From contig NW_024704742.1 in the NCBI RefSeq assembly GCF_018977255.1, forward strand, positions 90,956,001 to 91,020,000: a stretch of DNA of 64,000 nt, written 5' to 3'. Made by a program: the position numbers and the translations under genes. Below the pieces are notes generated by a model. That model saw only the letters and a list, made by a program, of their open reading frames with translations. It made no database searches and was not told where the DNA came from. Below are positions 26,371-40,402 of the stretch, one piece after another. The stretch's first letter is position 1; each line of letters starts with the position of its first letter. The DNA is from Callorhinchus milii. Taxonomy: Eukaryota.

Positions 26371-26911
26371 CCAAAATGTAGCACCAAAAGAATAAAACAA
26401 GTGGAAGCTCCTCAGCACACTGCTGAAGGTAAATCAGTGCAGAATGTATCATTTTTTTATGCTGCAGAAGGTTCAAGTATAACCCCCGTTATTTTAAGGC
26501 AAGGAAGCTTTGACATCATCACGCTTGTACTGAGATTTTTGAGGACTCCTCTTACTGTTTGGAGCCTCCAAACAATAAAAAAAAGTTTTTTTTCTTGAGG
26601 ACCAGGGAGACAGAGAGGCCAGGGAATGGCTTTTGGGTATAGGCTGGATGCCAGACAGCAGGTGTACAGGATGATCTGCAGCTATCAACAGTTGGCAGTA
26701 AAGCCTGTGACATGTTGACCTGTGAGGCTAACACCGATCTATGCCACCTGCTTGAGGGAGGTCTGCAGCAACACTGCATTGAGACTGCAGTGAGACTGCA
26801 CAATGCCTATCATGTGACAGTAATGTGACCATTACTGTGACCAATGTGACCACATGGGACTACATGGTGACTGCGACCCAGTATGTACAATTGCTGTATC
26901 ATGGTAAGCAA

Positions 26912-27392
26912 CAAGAATAGAAATTTGCATTAATATAGCGCCCGTGGCGTCTTAGAGCGCAGTGTGGTTTGACACCAAGCCAGAGAGGGAGCGGAGGTGA
27001 CTGAAAGCGCAGTTGAAGAGCAAAGTCTTCAGGTATGATTTGAAGACTGGCTGCGACAGAGAGATTGAGGCAGGGACTTCCAGAAATCTGGGGCATAGTG
27101 GCTGAAAGCACGGCTGCCAGTGGTGGAGTGAAGAGGACGAGGGACGTGCAGAAGGCCTGGGCCAGCGAAGCAAAGGCGGCGGATAATGGAGTGAAGCGTG
27201 AGCAGATTGGGAGGTAGGTGGGGCGTGAAGGGATTTGAAAGTGAGAGTAAGAATCATGAAATAAATCCGTTCTGTAACAGGCAGCCAGTGGAGCCTGGCA
27301 AGACTTGGGGGTGTGGAGCCTAGTATGGCTGAGGACACAGGCAGCAGAGTTTTGTACCATTTGAACCTTGTTTATAGTGGAGCTGGAAGAGC
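26912..27392 (-). mobile_element. L2-clade LINE 3' fragment
   Basis: ORFs carry QMVQNSAACVL, LARLHWLPV and FKSYLKTLLF. Confidence 0.88.
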
Positions 27393-27868
27393 TCACACGT
27401 ATCGTACAGGATAAACCTTACTCCCCTCACACTCTGGAAAATGCAGCACTCTTTGGACAAGAAATGGAATGAAAGCAATTGTAATGGAGACATGGGAACA
27501 GAGGTAACCTAAGTCATTTCACAACGAAGAAATCATGAGCCTGAGAGTACAGGAAAAAATCTATCCGAAAGTTCAAAACAAAAATGTAAAAAAATGTTTT
27601 TTTTAAAAAAAGGCTTCCAGAGTGTAAAACAATTTACTGCTGGGCCAAAATGCATACACAAGCCTTTCAAATTCTGCCATCTCTTCTCCCTCCCTCTCCC
27701 CCTGTGCTCCACATCTGGCAGGACGACCAGGTGCATTAATCCCGTTGTTGGCACCTCATTAATATTGTTGAGAGGTGCCAAAAATAGACAGTTGCAGTGG
27801 GGCCCACTCTTCATATGCCCACTCTTTCAAAGATTCGGAGTAGAATCTTTGGCGATACATAGGGCATC

Positions 27869-28190
27869 AGCCTGGCTCAGTTGGTAGAACTCGTACAGGT
27901 TGACCTTCCAGTGCAGTGCTGATGGGATCGACGTTAGACTGAGGACCCAACTGTGTTCAGGTGGATGTTAAAGATCCCACCACAGTTATCAAAAAGAGAA
28001 GGGTGTCCTGGCCAATATTCCTCCAGATAAAATTTGTGCACCATTTCAAGGTTATTTGTGGGACATTGCTGTAAATTGCTGACACAAATTGACTGCCATG
28101 TTCGCCTACAAATACACAGCCATTACACTTTCCAGTGTTATGTGAAGCGCTTTAAAGTGTTCAATGATGCAAGTGCAAGGATTTTTTTAT
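27869..28190 (+). mobile_element. Old Deu-domain SINE
   Basis: tggctcagttggtag head, ttcaggtggatgttaaagatccca and tttgtgggacattgctgt Deu motifs, and tail. Confidence 0.72.
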
Positions 28191-29019
28191 ATTTGTAGAA
28201 TCATGGATGACAACCAATGTTAGCACACATTTTGTACACACTACCCACATAAGGTGGGTGGTAGAGTATGTTGGGTGGATTGAGATTCGCTGGGTGTTAC
28301 GAACGACCCTTGAACACTTAAACCCATCAAATAATGGATCACTCTCTGTTTGATGCATATACGTGTTACACATGTGATAACATGAACTGTGCCTGCCTGT
28401 TAGCGTCAAAAGAACCAGTCTGCTACCAGGCATGTGATCGACGCCTTATGTTTCCTCATCTCATTAAAATGCCTGTATCAAGAATTTCCCGACATTACAT
28501 GAGACATGGGGAACATATGCATGCAAATAAGTCACCCAGATATTGGAATGTTTTACACATGAAAGCAAAAATGGTATTTGCTGCCTAAGATAAAACAGAT
28601 GGGCAAAAGTATGCTGCAAGCGAATCATCTGATCCCACTGATTGTGTCACTACCTTGTAACTCACTCGGAAGCATCCATTACTGTACATTTATAAATCAC
28701 AGTGCATAAACAGTGACATCCCCATTCCAGGTCACAACCCTTAGCCTCTAAGATCTGAGGCTGGCAGATAACATGCCAGACCCTCGGTCGTTAAATGCAA
28801 AGGAGTTACAACCACTGGTGATTATGGTGAGGCTGCTGTATCTCACTAAAATTTGTGACTCTTTCCCCCACCTCCCCCCACCACCCATTTTCTCCTCCCA
28901 ATAGTTATCAGTGTGAGAAGGTCATTCTTTCTCTGTGTTCGGTTTGAGTTTTGAGGTTTAACATTTGTCGTGTTTTCTTTAAAGTAGTTTTAAAATTTTA
29001 ATTTTAATTTAATTTTAAT

Positions 29020-29192
29020 TTAAAATTTTACACCGTGCAGCATTTTGGAAAATCCTTCAAGTCTGTCTTAATTTGGAAGCTGCTTTGCTGAAGTTCCTTT
29101 TTGTAAAAAAAAGTATTTTTCCTTTTAAGGTATCACGCAAATCTGCTTTGGCTGAATTTAAATTTTCCAAAATTTTGCAAAATCTTAAATTG
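29020..29192. mobile_element. Palindromic MITE-like element, copy 2
   Basis: gtgcagcattttggaaaat...gtcttaatttggaagctg...attttccaaaattttgcaaaatcttaaat. Confidence 0.6.
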
Positions 29193-31161
29193 CTTTCCCT
29201 CATTGGCATTGCTTCCCTTCCACAACTGCCTGAGATAATCACCTCCCTTCTTTCTCCTTTTTTATGAAAGATGAGAAGCATATTCTCTCTGAGGATCGAA
29301 AGCAAAATTTGATGACAGGTGGTGAGGCTGCTCTCTAGAATTATTTAACTTCAGTCCTTTTGGCATAGTGGGACAAGTGGACACGACCACCACTGCTCTC
29401 CCCCCCACCCCCCCACTTCATCCATATGATGGGGAGAATGTAGTATAATATGCCATTTCCGTGCGCACTCAGTCTCTTCATTCAAAGTAGTTCAAATAGA
29501 TGCAGTCAGATTTGAATATATAAGAGCATAAAACAAATGACTCATCTTTTTCATTTCTCCGTAGAAGAACCGTCTTGAAGCGCAAAATTAATTTTTAAAG
29601 AAGCTTCTATGGAGTACAAAATGAAATAGTTTGGAATCTGTTTAGGCATTCTGAGACAATTTGGTCTTGATAGTTTTGCTTTACAGTCCAGTTAAGCTGA
29701 CAGAAAGGGATCTTGTCTTTTTATAGTCAGCATACATAACGCCGATTGTCGTGACATCTGGAAGGCTTGTTTTATCAGTAAGCACAGTTAAAGACAAATG
29801 AAAGCAGACAGATGTAAGACTGGTGTGGCATCTTCGCCTCAAGCACTTATTCACTGTACATTTTGCAGTGTGTCAAAAAGAGGCAGCATTTACAGAACGA
29901 AAACATTCTGTCACATCTGCACACTGCTGAGCCGGGCCGTTTAACCCATTGAAGGGGATTTTCCTGCTCCTGTAGCATGTTACAAAGCAGGAGCTTTGTA
30001 GCGCTGATATACAATGTGGTGTTGCTCTGGTGTGGCGTTTCACTGACTGCAGGACTTGGGTTGGTGGCCTTGGTTCTCCCCATGGTGAGAGGCTAAGATC
30101 CCAGTCTATCAGACAGGACAGAGGCTTAACCGTGAGCAGCTAAGGGAAGTCCCCACAGTAAAAGACGGGAAATGTAAGAGACCAAGAGCTGATCTTACGC
30201 ATTTCCTAATGGCCAAGTATGGAGCACCATCTCTGGAAGCTGTCACTTGCTGTAGTGGTCTCTTGGACTGTATTTGTTGGTGGCTAATACAGCACAGAGG
30301 AATCTAAAGAGCAATAGCAATATGGGAAATGAATAAGTGAACAAGAGTCACTAAGGCACTTCTAAAGCCTTTAGCATTCCAGAATGAAATAATAACCAAC
30401 ATCTTAAATTGGTACAGGACAGTATATAGTCAATTGTAATTTCCACATCAAAACAGTTGATCCATTCCATCTCTTGTCACCTGCGCTGAGCTGGTAGTCT
30501 GAGAAGACTGGCTGAAACAATGCTTGTCTGGGCTCTCAGTGCTGTCCGCACATCAGCTTTATGGGTGACATTATTCAGACTTTTGTCTTGGTTATGAATT
30601 CACTGCTTAAGCTGTTCTTTTAACACTCTACATCTCTATCATTATAACAGGACACCATGGCAGCATTTAATATACAAACAGCTCTCTTTTTAAACTCTGT
30701 AGACCACACACAATTTCTTGCATGTATGTCGACTGTAACATTGCTGAATGGTTTTGAATTCTTCTAAAAGCGTTGGACACTTTCCCATCTTATTTCTTTG
30801 CACAGTTTGGAAAACATGTCATGAAGAGTTGTTCTTAGGGGTCTGGTTCTCAATGAAACCTCCTTCCAATGGTTGCCCTTTGGACTGTTTATTTGGAAAG
30901 TAGCATGGAAGAATGTGGGCTGGTATTAATGTGCTGTGTCTTGCTTCTTTAAAGAGCAGCACATACTCACCCAAGCCTCTCTGGATTGAAGCAAGACCTT
31001 CTCGTCTTTAAGAAAGGGCTTTGTCTTCTCTGTCACCCTGCCTGCAGAGCTTCTTGTTCCTCAATTGATTGCAGAATTCACAGGTTCAGTGGTAATCAGA
31101 AGACAAACAGACCAGTTCCTGGTGAATGGCAATTCATAGTTTTGGAATAGAATTAATAATA

Positions 31162-31544
31162 AGTCCTGTAGCATTTTGGTTAGAGCACTCACCTCACAAG
31201 CTAGAGGTTCTGGGATTGATTCCCGGCAGGGCGAAATGTTAGGCAAGTTTCCTTACTCCACACGCTTTTGTTTACCTAGCAGTAAGTAAGAACCTGGTTG
31301 TTAGTCGATTGGCGGATCGCTTTTCCAGGCGTAATGATCCCTTCAAAACAATTAATTAATTATAAAAAATAATAATTTGGTCATCCAATCCACGACTGTT
31401 TGTGGGACACTGCTTTACGCAATTGGCTGCTGCTTTTTGCCCACAAAATATATAGTCAATTCACTTTAGATTTTTTTTGAAGCACTTTGAGACATCTCAA
31501 AGACGTGATAAGGCACTATATCAAATGCAAGGATTATTATTATT
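31162..31544 (+). mobile_element. Long-type tRNA/Deu SINE, full length
   Basis: agtcctgtagc head through the ATT tail, including the central segment. Confidence 0.9.
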
Positions 31545-31707
31545 AATTACCAGGTAACAACTCTATTTACAACCATAAACTGAAAAAAAGCCTGAAATGA
31601 AATAGTTAGAACAATGGCTGAACTCTGTTGATAATTTAAGACGTGCCACAGCCTCTGAACATAAGATGGATAGAACAGGAAAAGGTTATTCGCACCATCC
31701 AGTCTAC

Positions 31708-32033
31708 AATAATAATAATAATAATCCTTGCATTTGATATAGCGCTTTTCACGTCGGGAGGACGTCCCAAAGCGCTTCACAGAACACACTGTAAAGTGAG
31801 TTGACTGTATATTTGTGGGCGAACGCGGCAGCCAATTGCGCACAGCAATGTCCCACAAACAGTCGTAGATTGAAAATGACCAATTTATTATTGTTTTTGG
31901 TTTTGGAGGGATTATTATTAGGCTCTGTGTGGAGTAAGGAAACTTGCCCAAGGTTTCGCCCTCTGCCTGGAATTGAACTCAGGTCTCTCGCTTGCAAAGT
32001 GAGTGCTCTAACCACTGAGCTACAGGACTCCAC
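31708..32033 (-). mobile_element. Young short tRNA/Deu SINE, full length
   Basis: Reverse complement nearly identical to 20585-20901. Confidence 0.95.
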
Positions 32034-35000
32034 AATGCAAAATATGCCCTATTATAAACTGCACCCCAACCTATTTGATCCCTGGAGCAAAACTCCATGT
32101 AGATATTCCATGAACCCCAAAGTCAATCAAGCACGAATACTGTTATTGCATCCCCACATCTCCATAACAACCCTGGCCTCCTTCCTGCCAGACAAGCTTT
32201 AGTAAGGCTTAAAACACAGTGAATTTTAATTAAAACAAAAGTGTAATTTTGTCACACGGGTCAAAGGAAAATGCAGATGAAATTGCTAGGCAGACAGACT
32301 AGGGCTCGCCTCTGCACCAAGTCTACCTCTTAGACACACTATCTGTTCTGTATCTGCCTTTCTTTGGTCAGTAATAATGGGTTATTGACCAGTCGGTGGA
32401 TTTATTACTGAGGTCATAGTGCGTAAGGACTGAATGAATGTAAGTGGAATCTTTCACATGGTTGGAAAAAGGTCATAAATTGCTCTACTGCTTAATGAAG
32501 ATATTTATTACCCACCTTAAGAAAGTTTGGTGTACTTCTCTACCTGCTCACTCACTTTAGCATATTTACAAGTTGCTCTGCACCTCCTATTGTGATGCTC
32601 AGCACTGACCAGTGGGAATATTTTACTGATTTCTTGTGTCCTGCCCATGCAACCTGCTCCACCAAAGAGGTGAGGAAAATTTCCATTTTAGTACAATGGA
32701 TTGATGCACTGGGACCATTTTCCTGCCTGTCAAGAGTTTAGTTGTGGATTGTTTATTAGTGAAGTCTTCTTAGCCCAGATTATGATCAGCTTTTAGCAGT
32801 CCTGCCTTTGTCACTCACCCTGTGGCCAATGGAAGCAGAAAGCCCATCTGGAGAGCAGCTTCCTTTGGATTGGGAAGTCCCCTCTACCCAAGCCTCAATG
32901 TTAGAGAGAGCTGTTTAGAAGGTCCAAGTTTTCCTGTCGTCATGAGATCTGGCAATAACTCTGTTCCCAGGTCCCTCCAGGAATACGTGCACCACATTGA
33001 CATCCATCGCTTTGTTCGCTGTAGTTTCTCTCACTTTGCGTCAAACAACAGTGAAGCAAAACTGAAGACATCAAAGAACCTTTGCTTTTTTNAACTCGCA
33101 AAATCATATTTTATTTCAAACCCGTTTCATTTGATTTCTGAAGCCCTTGTTCTCGGAGAAAATATCCTGCTAGTACATTAAACTAGATTCTTGCTGAAGA
33201 CCACTTGTCATTGTGTAGCTGCTCAGACAGCCCAGGCCCTTGATAATGGAACAAATTTCTAAATGACAGCAGCTGCCACACACAAAGCATCCTGTGTGAC
33301 CGTGTCAACATGACAATCTACTTCTATTTTCTGGCTTGCAAGAATGAATAGAGAGGCAACAGATCACAAAGAACTGGTGTCCTGTGGTTATTTATTTCTC
33401 CCCCCCCACCTACCCCCTGCCCCCTTTCAAGATATAAGTTGTTGCTGAAGAAGCTTTTTTTTGTGAGAAATAGTTTTGTTCCAAATGTTTTTAAGACATA
33501 TTGCCCCCTCCCCTCCCCAGGGAGAGGGTCAATTGTTGGTAAGAGTGCAGGTTGAGCAGTGACAGGGCTGACCTCTGTTCTTCAACTCTGGTTTCCAACT
33601 GTGGCAGGCGAGTAGTGAGGTGAAAGGCCAGAGGTCAGCATCGTAAGTACATGAGCAGTGTGCTCCCTCATATTGATCTGCACTGCAGACAAATGTTGAC
33701 TATCTGAGGGCTCAGTGAGTGAATGTACTGCTCTGTGTGACTTGTGTCTTTGTCATTCAGAGGAGGAAAGCTCCCGTTTCAAAGCTCAGTCTTTGTTGTT
33801 CAAAGTAAGGAACTTGCCCCTTCCTCACCAGAAGAGCCTACCGACATTCACATCCTCGGCTCCGGTGTGGTAAATGGCTACGTAGAAGAGTTGAACCAAA
33901 TAACCTTCTTCTGTGCTGTAAATGTCTATGGCTCTATGGTTCTGGTAACCAGTGGTCACCTAGATCTGTAGCCCAGCATAGGTCAACCCTTTCCAGAAAG
34001 AAAGAGAGATAAAAGAATAAGGTTCAGAGCTGCAGGTGAGGCAGACAACAATTCCTCACAGCCAAGATGCCTGCGTGCCACTTGTAGGTGGAAAAATTAT
34101 AATTGTAGTGCACTGCAGCTTTAAGCGGCGGAGGAGAATAGAAGTTGGTGGAAAGCAGGTTATTCGCTTATCAGCAGCTGCCATATCCGAAATGTCTCCT
34201 TAGGTTTTCCTTCACATTTGTGCATCGGTGGCATGGATAGAGCTTGTATCTTCTTCAAATTTCATGAACATTATCTCGCAATTAGCCTGGGATTTTTGAA
34301 CCTTGTCCATTCTCCACAGTAGCCTAATAGCACTCCCAGTAATCCTCTCAGAGTGCTTTTGTATTCACAGCTGAGAGCCCCCTAGCAAGAATACCTTTGT
34401 GAATGGAAATGTTCTGAGCAGCAAAGAGAGTGAGAGAGGAAGGGCAATTTCTATTTTACATGCTGTTAATGCCGGGCTGAAGACAGGAGCATGAAATAGC
34501 AGATGTACAGCAAATGGCTATTTGTACCTGTGAGCATCAAGCAGCCTCATCAAATAGATGGTCCTGTCTTTAATAGCGCTTGAGTTCACGGGCAGTAGCC
34601 TCATTTAGATGTACCTGGATCACGAGAGACCTGGACCCTATTGTACCTTTGCATGACTTTCCACTTAAAACGACCATTTGTGCTTCACCGAGTCCATCAG
34701 CCTATGCTTTGTTGTACTTATAACTTGGTTTGTTTCTGCTAATAGTCCCAGCTCTGGTCCTAGTTCAAGGCTAAGGGGAAAAACACAGTAATGTCCATCC
34801 CCTAATTATAGCAAGACACAAGGCAGCCTTCGTGCACTACAACAAATGGATCCCTTCAATAACGGGTGTTCTCCTGGCTTCTGTAACATCTGTGTTGTCC
34901 AGTTTCTTTTGTTAGGCTATGCAAGTGTGATGTGCTGCCCAGATTGTGATGTTGAATTGCATTAATCACACTCCAATCATCTGAAGCACATGGATTTACA

Positions 35001-35724
35001 AACAGTTTATTTCTATTTCCTCCACAATTTTACCCATTTAGCCACAATTTACATGAAGATGCCACTGTGCCCAAGTGTCTGTGTGTGTATGTATGTGTTC
35101 AACAGCAACAGTTTATTCTTTTAACTGCTCCCAGAAGAAAAAATATTATTCTACACAGTAACACTTTCTGAGGTTCTCGCCTGAAACACCCATTGTTTAC
35201 AGCTCCCTCTCTAGGAGAGAAACCATATAAAATACCATTTTTTACACACCAGTGACTATAAGTTCATCTAAAAATGCAGTCACTGTATGTTACAGAAAAC
35301 GCACTTCAAGAAGCTATAGGCAATTTACCAAATGCAAGGATTTTTGTTGTTATTCATTTCATACCATTCTCAAAGACAACCTGATCAGGATGGTCAGGTC
35401 TGCCTGGGTTTAACTTGTAAATTGGCGGGAAAGAAAATAATACTTCAGCTTAAGTCATGCAGTGCACAGTGAAAGAAGTATCTATGTGTTGGTGCGTGGA
35501 ATGTTGGGAAATCAGCACTAAATGTCTACGGGAACTGTATGTAATGTGGGGAGAAAACAGTTTTCATTGCTCCAATTTGCAGGAGTTTTCTAGACACTTA
35601 AATCCTTTACCTGGAATCCCCTTCATTCAAAAACTAAACTTACTGATATGGTACCATGTTCCTCACTTCCACTGTTTCAAAACACAACTTAAAATTGAAA
35701 TGTAACAATGGGGCATTTAGTTAG

Positions 35725-36050
35725 TCTGGGCTGACACTCCAATGTAGTGCTGGGGGAGTTTGGGATTCTCAGAAGTGTCACCCTTCAAATAAGTCCTATC
35801 TGAGGTCCTATTTGGCTCTTCAGGTGGATATACAAGATCCCAGAGAGCCATCTGAAAAGAGGAGGGAGTTTTGTTTGGTGTCCTGGTCTGTTCCTGGTCA
35901 ACAATTTTCCCGTTAAAATTACTTACTTCAAGGCTGTTTGTGGGGCATTGTTGGGTGGACATTTGGCTGCTGGTTCATCTACAAAATACACAGCCATTAC
36001 ACTTCAGCAATTAGCTGTGAAGTGCTTTGAAATGTAGGCAATATATCAAA
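35725..36050 (+). mobile_element. Old Deu-domain SINE, 5' truncated
   Basis: ctgacactccaatgtagtgctg...tcaggtggatatacaagatcccag...gctgtttgtggggcattg...gaagtgctttg. Confidence 0.7.
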
Positions 36051-36834
36051 CATGATTGTTATGTATACACTTAATGCCAAAATCATATAGTATATTTGTC
36101 ATTCAATAGCTTTCCTCTTAGTTTTGTGAAAGGTGGGGACTGAGAAACTGCAGTTTGTGAGAGCATTGCCAGGGATACTCCCACATGCCACATTTCACCC
36201 CCCTTCCCATAAAAGCTCACATTAATACTGTGTAACGTAACAGCTTCATATCTACACTAGTGTCTTTAAATCTAAGGTAGAAACTTTCAACAGTGCAACC
36301 ACAACAACCGTTCATCAATTATCAATTGCTTAATAACCGTACACATTAGTAAGCGATTTACACACTGATTTTATAGCTTTTTTGAACAGCTAGACAAAAA
36401 AATTGAATTTAAAAAGTTCTTGCTTACGTTTATACTGAGCCTGATAAGACAATTGCGCCCCATCTGGCCAAACACTGTTACGTTAAACTGTTGAACTACT
36501 GTATTCAACTTTAAATTAAATGTGGGTCCACAATCAGTGCTGTAACAGTGAGGAAATGTGGAAGTGAATTAAGAAATTATATTGCCAGTTTCCAAATCCA
36601 GTCTGCTGTCAACAGAATGAGAGAGATCCTCCACATAGTTTCCTCATGGTCTGGTTGGGGGAGTGGGGTTTCAGAGCCTGTGAAAATGTTGCCTACCTAC
36701 TCTCCTTCTGAGAATAGAGCATGGCATGGAATAACCTAATCCGAAAGAGAAAATCAGTGCAGAATGGTAAAATAAATAATTCCTGTGAGGCTTTGCTTTC
36801 ATTTTCCACAAATCTGGTTTTATTACATTGGTCA

Positions 36835-37160
36835 AGATGGTTGGTTAGATAATTATTTTGGGAAGACAAGTTTACAGGGCTATGGGGAGAGAGCAGGGGA
36901 GTGGGATTGATTTGGATAACTCTTTTCAAAAAGCCGGCACAGACACGATGGGCTGAATGAATGAATGAATGAATGAATGAATAAGTGAATGAATGAATGA
37001 ATAAATGAATGAATTGAATGAATGAATGACTGAATGATCGAACGAACGAACGAACGAACGAATGAATGAATGAATGAATGAATGAATGAATGAATGAATG
37101 AATGAATGAATGAACGAATGAATGAATGAAAGAATGTGCTGTATAATTCTATGATTCTTT
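36835..37160 (+). mobile_element. CR1 LINE 3' end containing an expanded microsatellite
   Basis: gggctatggggagagagcaggggagtgg...agccggcacagacacgatgggctgaatg[...]tgtgctgtataattctatgattct. Confidence 0.8.
36954..37136. repeat. (GAAT)n/(GAAC)n microsatellite
   Basis: Direct tandem repeat. Confidence 0.97.
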
Positions 37161-37224
37161 GATTCTGCTAAACTCTACTGATTTTCTTGAGTTTCTGGTT
37201 AATATTATGCTCTATTTACAACCT

Positions 37225-37430
37225 CAACAACTTGCATTTATATATCACCCTTCACACGAGGTAGGGTTTCAGAGTGCTTGAAGGAAGGTTTGCCAAAGTA
37301 GTATGCCTTGATGATTATAATATTATAATAATAATCCTTGCCTTTGATATAGTGCCTTATCATGTCGTTGAGACTTTTCAAAGCACTTCACAGAATATAT
37401 TGTAAAGTGAATTGACTGTGTATTTTATGA
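37225..37430 (-). mobile_element. L2 tail fragment followed by a Deu-SINE 3' fragment
   Basis: caacaacttgcatttatata... at 37225 and aataatccttgcctttgatatag... at about 37330. Confidence 0.72.
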
Positions 37431-38068
37431 TGCAATGCTTTGGAGAATAATGTAGACTGAAAATCATTTAAATATCATAAATCACGTGCATATGTGTATG
37501 TAGATATAATGTTTAGCTATTTTAGTGGATGGAGGGGGAGGGGGAGGGGTGGAAGGGGATGGGGGGAGAGAGAATTTATCTCTTCCTCCCTCCCCATGGC
37601 CGTGTGGTTCAACATAATGAGACAGTGACCTTTCAACTCCAGTTCCTGTCAATCACAAAGCCAGGGAGCCAAGGTTGTCAGATCAATGTCAATGTACTTT
37701 GTAAATGAAAGTATAAGTATGAAATATCAATCTCCCATCCCCCACCCTAAAAACTAATCAAGTTACAGACTCTGTGGTTTTGTAAGTGAATTATTTAAAC
37801 CTCTACCTTTAAGTTGCATAAGGTTCCTTCACACCAAGTGTTCCAGCAGTTTGGTCCTCTGTATTGTTCCAAGAGACCTCTTTAGCCCCAGTTCTTTGGA
37901 ATTCAACCTCCCAAATCCTTTTGCGTTGTACCTTCTCTCCATGACTTAAAAAAACATATTTTATTTGGAAACGCCTTCAAACTACCCTGTTCAGTGATAC
38001 CCATCATTTCCTATACCAGGCATCAATGGGCCTCAAATCAACCCATTCCTGACCTGCAGGACCACTTC

Positions 38069-38258
38069 TCTTAAAGTTTAAGATCACACAGAATTGTGAA
38101 AAATTCTTAAGTTCCATCTGGATTTGGAAATATTTTCTTACAGTTCCTAAAAAAAAGGCTTCTAAATTGAGACTGAATTTCAGGATTCTCCAGAATTCTG
38201 GGAAATCTTACATTTTATGCAAAATAATCTCACAGGCTAAGACCATGTGGAATTTCAG
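38069..38258. mobile_element. Palindromic MITE-like element, copy 3
   Basis: tcttaaagtttaagat...aaaattcttaag...agactgaatttcagga...aatcttacatttt...taagaccatgtggaattt aligns by eye with 44310-44506. Confidence 0.65.
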
Positions 38259-39169
38259 ACATCATTTCTCGCTAAGAGAGTCTGCTAATTTTGTTCCAAT
38301 GAAGAGCAATTTGTAAATATACATCGAAAACTGGATTGAGACTGAATACTTTAATCTTTCATGTGACATTTCAGGCAACAGAGAAGCAGGGTAGTTAACT
38401 AACTCACTATACCACTCCGTTCCCCTTCTTAGAGCTGATCATAAAACTATGATCACTTAAGCTGTCTCAATATGTCTTCCTCTCATCAGACGTTATCTGA
38501 AATAACATGTACCTGAGCCAAGATGGTATTTATCAGTCTTCAATAATAGTGATTTCTATAAGAAGTTAGAAGCCTGCGACTGCCATGAAGAAACTCGAAA
38601 GGAAAAACAACCATTAGAGAATTATGTTGTTGGAGATGAAGGCAGTTCATTTCTTCAATGTTATTGACAGTGTGAGTGTCACAGTATGAAAGCACGTATG
38701 ATCTGTCATTGCTTCCCTGCCCTACAGAGCAAATATCAGATTCTCCCAAATGGCTCAGTGAGTAAAGTCACCAATGTGACAATCAGATATGGAATTTTTT
38801 TAATTCCTGCTTCTGTATAGTTATAATGGGAGTGGGGAGCAACCAGCGTTCCTATTTCTGATATTCTTTAGGCTCACATTTGAAAAAGAACCACTTATGC
38901 GGGTGGCCAGCACTCATGGAACCTTAAATCAGTGCGAGTCATGTTTGTGTTCAGAAAAGGAAAGAAGAAAGTTGGAGTGGAAACTGAACTTTTTGTAAAA
39001 CCAAAACTTGCTTGAAATAAAATATATACAAACAACACTCAGCAAATAAAACATATACAACTCAGGTACAAAATGTGGTTGGATATAAAGAAGTTTCTGA
39101 TTCAGAGAATAATCTTAACAAAGGAAATGAGTGTTTAGTACATTCCTTTACCAAAATTTTTCCCTCAAG

Positions 39170-39358
39170 AAAAAAAATAATAAATTGGTCACTTCAATGC
39201 ACCACTGTTTGTGGGACACTGCTGTGCGCAATTGGCTGTCGGGTTTCGCCCACAAATATACAGTCAATTCACTTTACAGTATATTCTGTGAAGCGCTTTG
39301 AGATGTCTAGAAGACGTGAAAAGCGCTATATCAAATGCAAGGATTATTATTATTATTA
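39170..39358 (+). mobile_element. Deu-SINE 3' half
   Basis: Deu core plus (ATT)n tail. Confidence 0.88.
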
Positions 39359-40274
39359 CTGTGTATTATGCAGCTTCCTGAGGAGAGAGGGTTTGGGAGA
39401 GGGTTATGGTTTAGTTTAAGCATGAGCCACTTTGTACTTGCTGTATTTGTAGACTTATTTGTTAATTTCAATGAAAAAGTGCTAACCTGTCATGCATAGC
39501 ATCTGAGTATTGACATGCTTCTTTAGAGCTGCCCTAAGTGTGACTCTCCTTAAGGAGATTAGTCATTTGTCCTAATGTGGCAAGAAAGCAGTCCAAATGT
39601 GATTCATCTGCAAACCACACTGTGACCAATTGGTTATTGACTGACAATTTTCCGTCTGCCGAGTGATAGATCAGCACACTGTCAAAGTGCAGAAATAGCA
39701 GAGTCACCCTAATGCCAACAAAATACTAGAGAGCTTTTAATGTGGATGTGGCAGAATGCAGCCCATAAGGTGCGTAACATTACAGAAACTGAGTGGCGAG
39801 TTTTCTCGGGCCTATAAGAAGCTGAAGTAAGTTTGTTCAAATAGGGCTGAAGACAGCGTTTTCCTTTAAGATTATTTAAAGTTTATTTACCACAAGCATA
39901 TCCAGGAACCTCAGTGGAAATCCACTTCTTTCCCACAACCTCCACCCCCCCCCCAACTGTATTCCCTGATTGGGCAGATTTACCCCATATTGACAGACAT
40001 AAGGAAACCTACATTTTTAAAGGGTGGTCCTGTTAATTGTGGAAATACACACAGTTCACAGTTTTCACGTAGACAATTTCAACTACACTGGCTTCAGTAG
40101 GAATGTATGCTGGAAATTGATTCAAATGCTCCTGTGTTTTGTTGATTCGATTGTTGTTGTTGAAACAAGGCTTCACATTCCTGACAGATATACAGGGTCA
40201 TTTGGTGCTTCGGAGAGCTGAAGCTCACAGTGCATCGGGGCTGAGATTTCAGGGATTAAAATGTCACAGAATAT

Positions 40275-40402
40275 CTCATGGTCTTAGGCTTAAAAAGAAC
40301 AGTTTCCATATTACAATTGATTTTAAGAATTTTCCCAAATTCTCTACGCTTTGAATTTTAAGGCAATGGTCTTAAGGTTAATATCATGAGGAAGTTTGGG
40401 CA
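40275..40402. mobile_element. Palindromic MITE-like element, partial copy 4
   Basis: catggtcttag...cagtttcca...ttaagaattttcccaaattct...aattttaaggcaat. Confidence 0.5.

Noticed and set aside
36233..36485. 11-bp inverted repeat taacgtaacag / ctgttacgtta about 250 bp apart
   Set aside because: Short, with no internal symmetry or second copy seen. Compatible with chance, though a decayed DNA transposon is not excluded.
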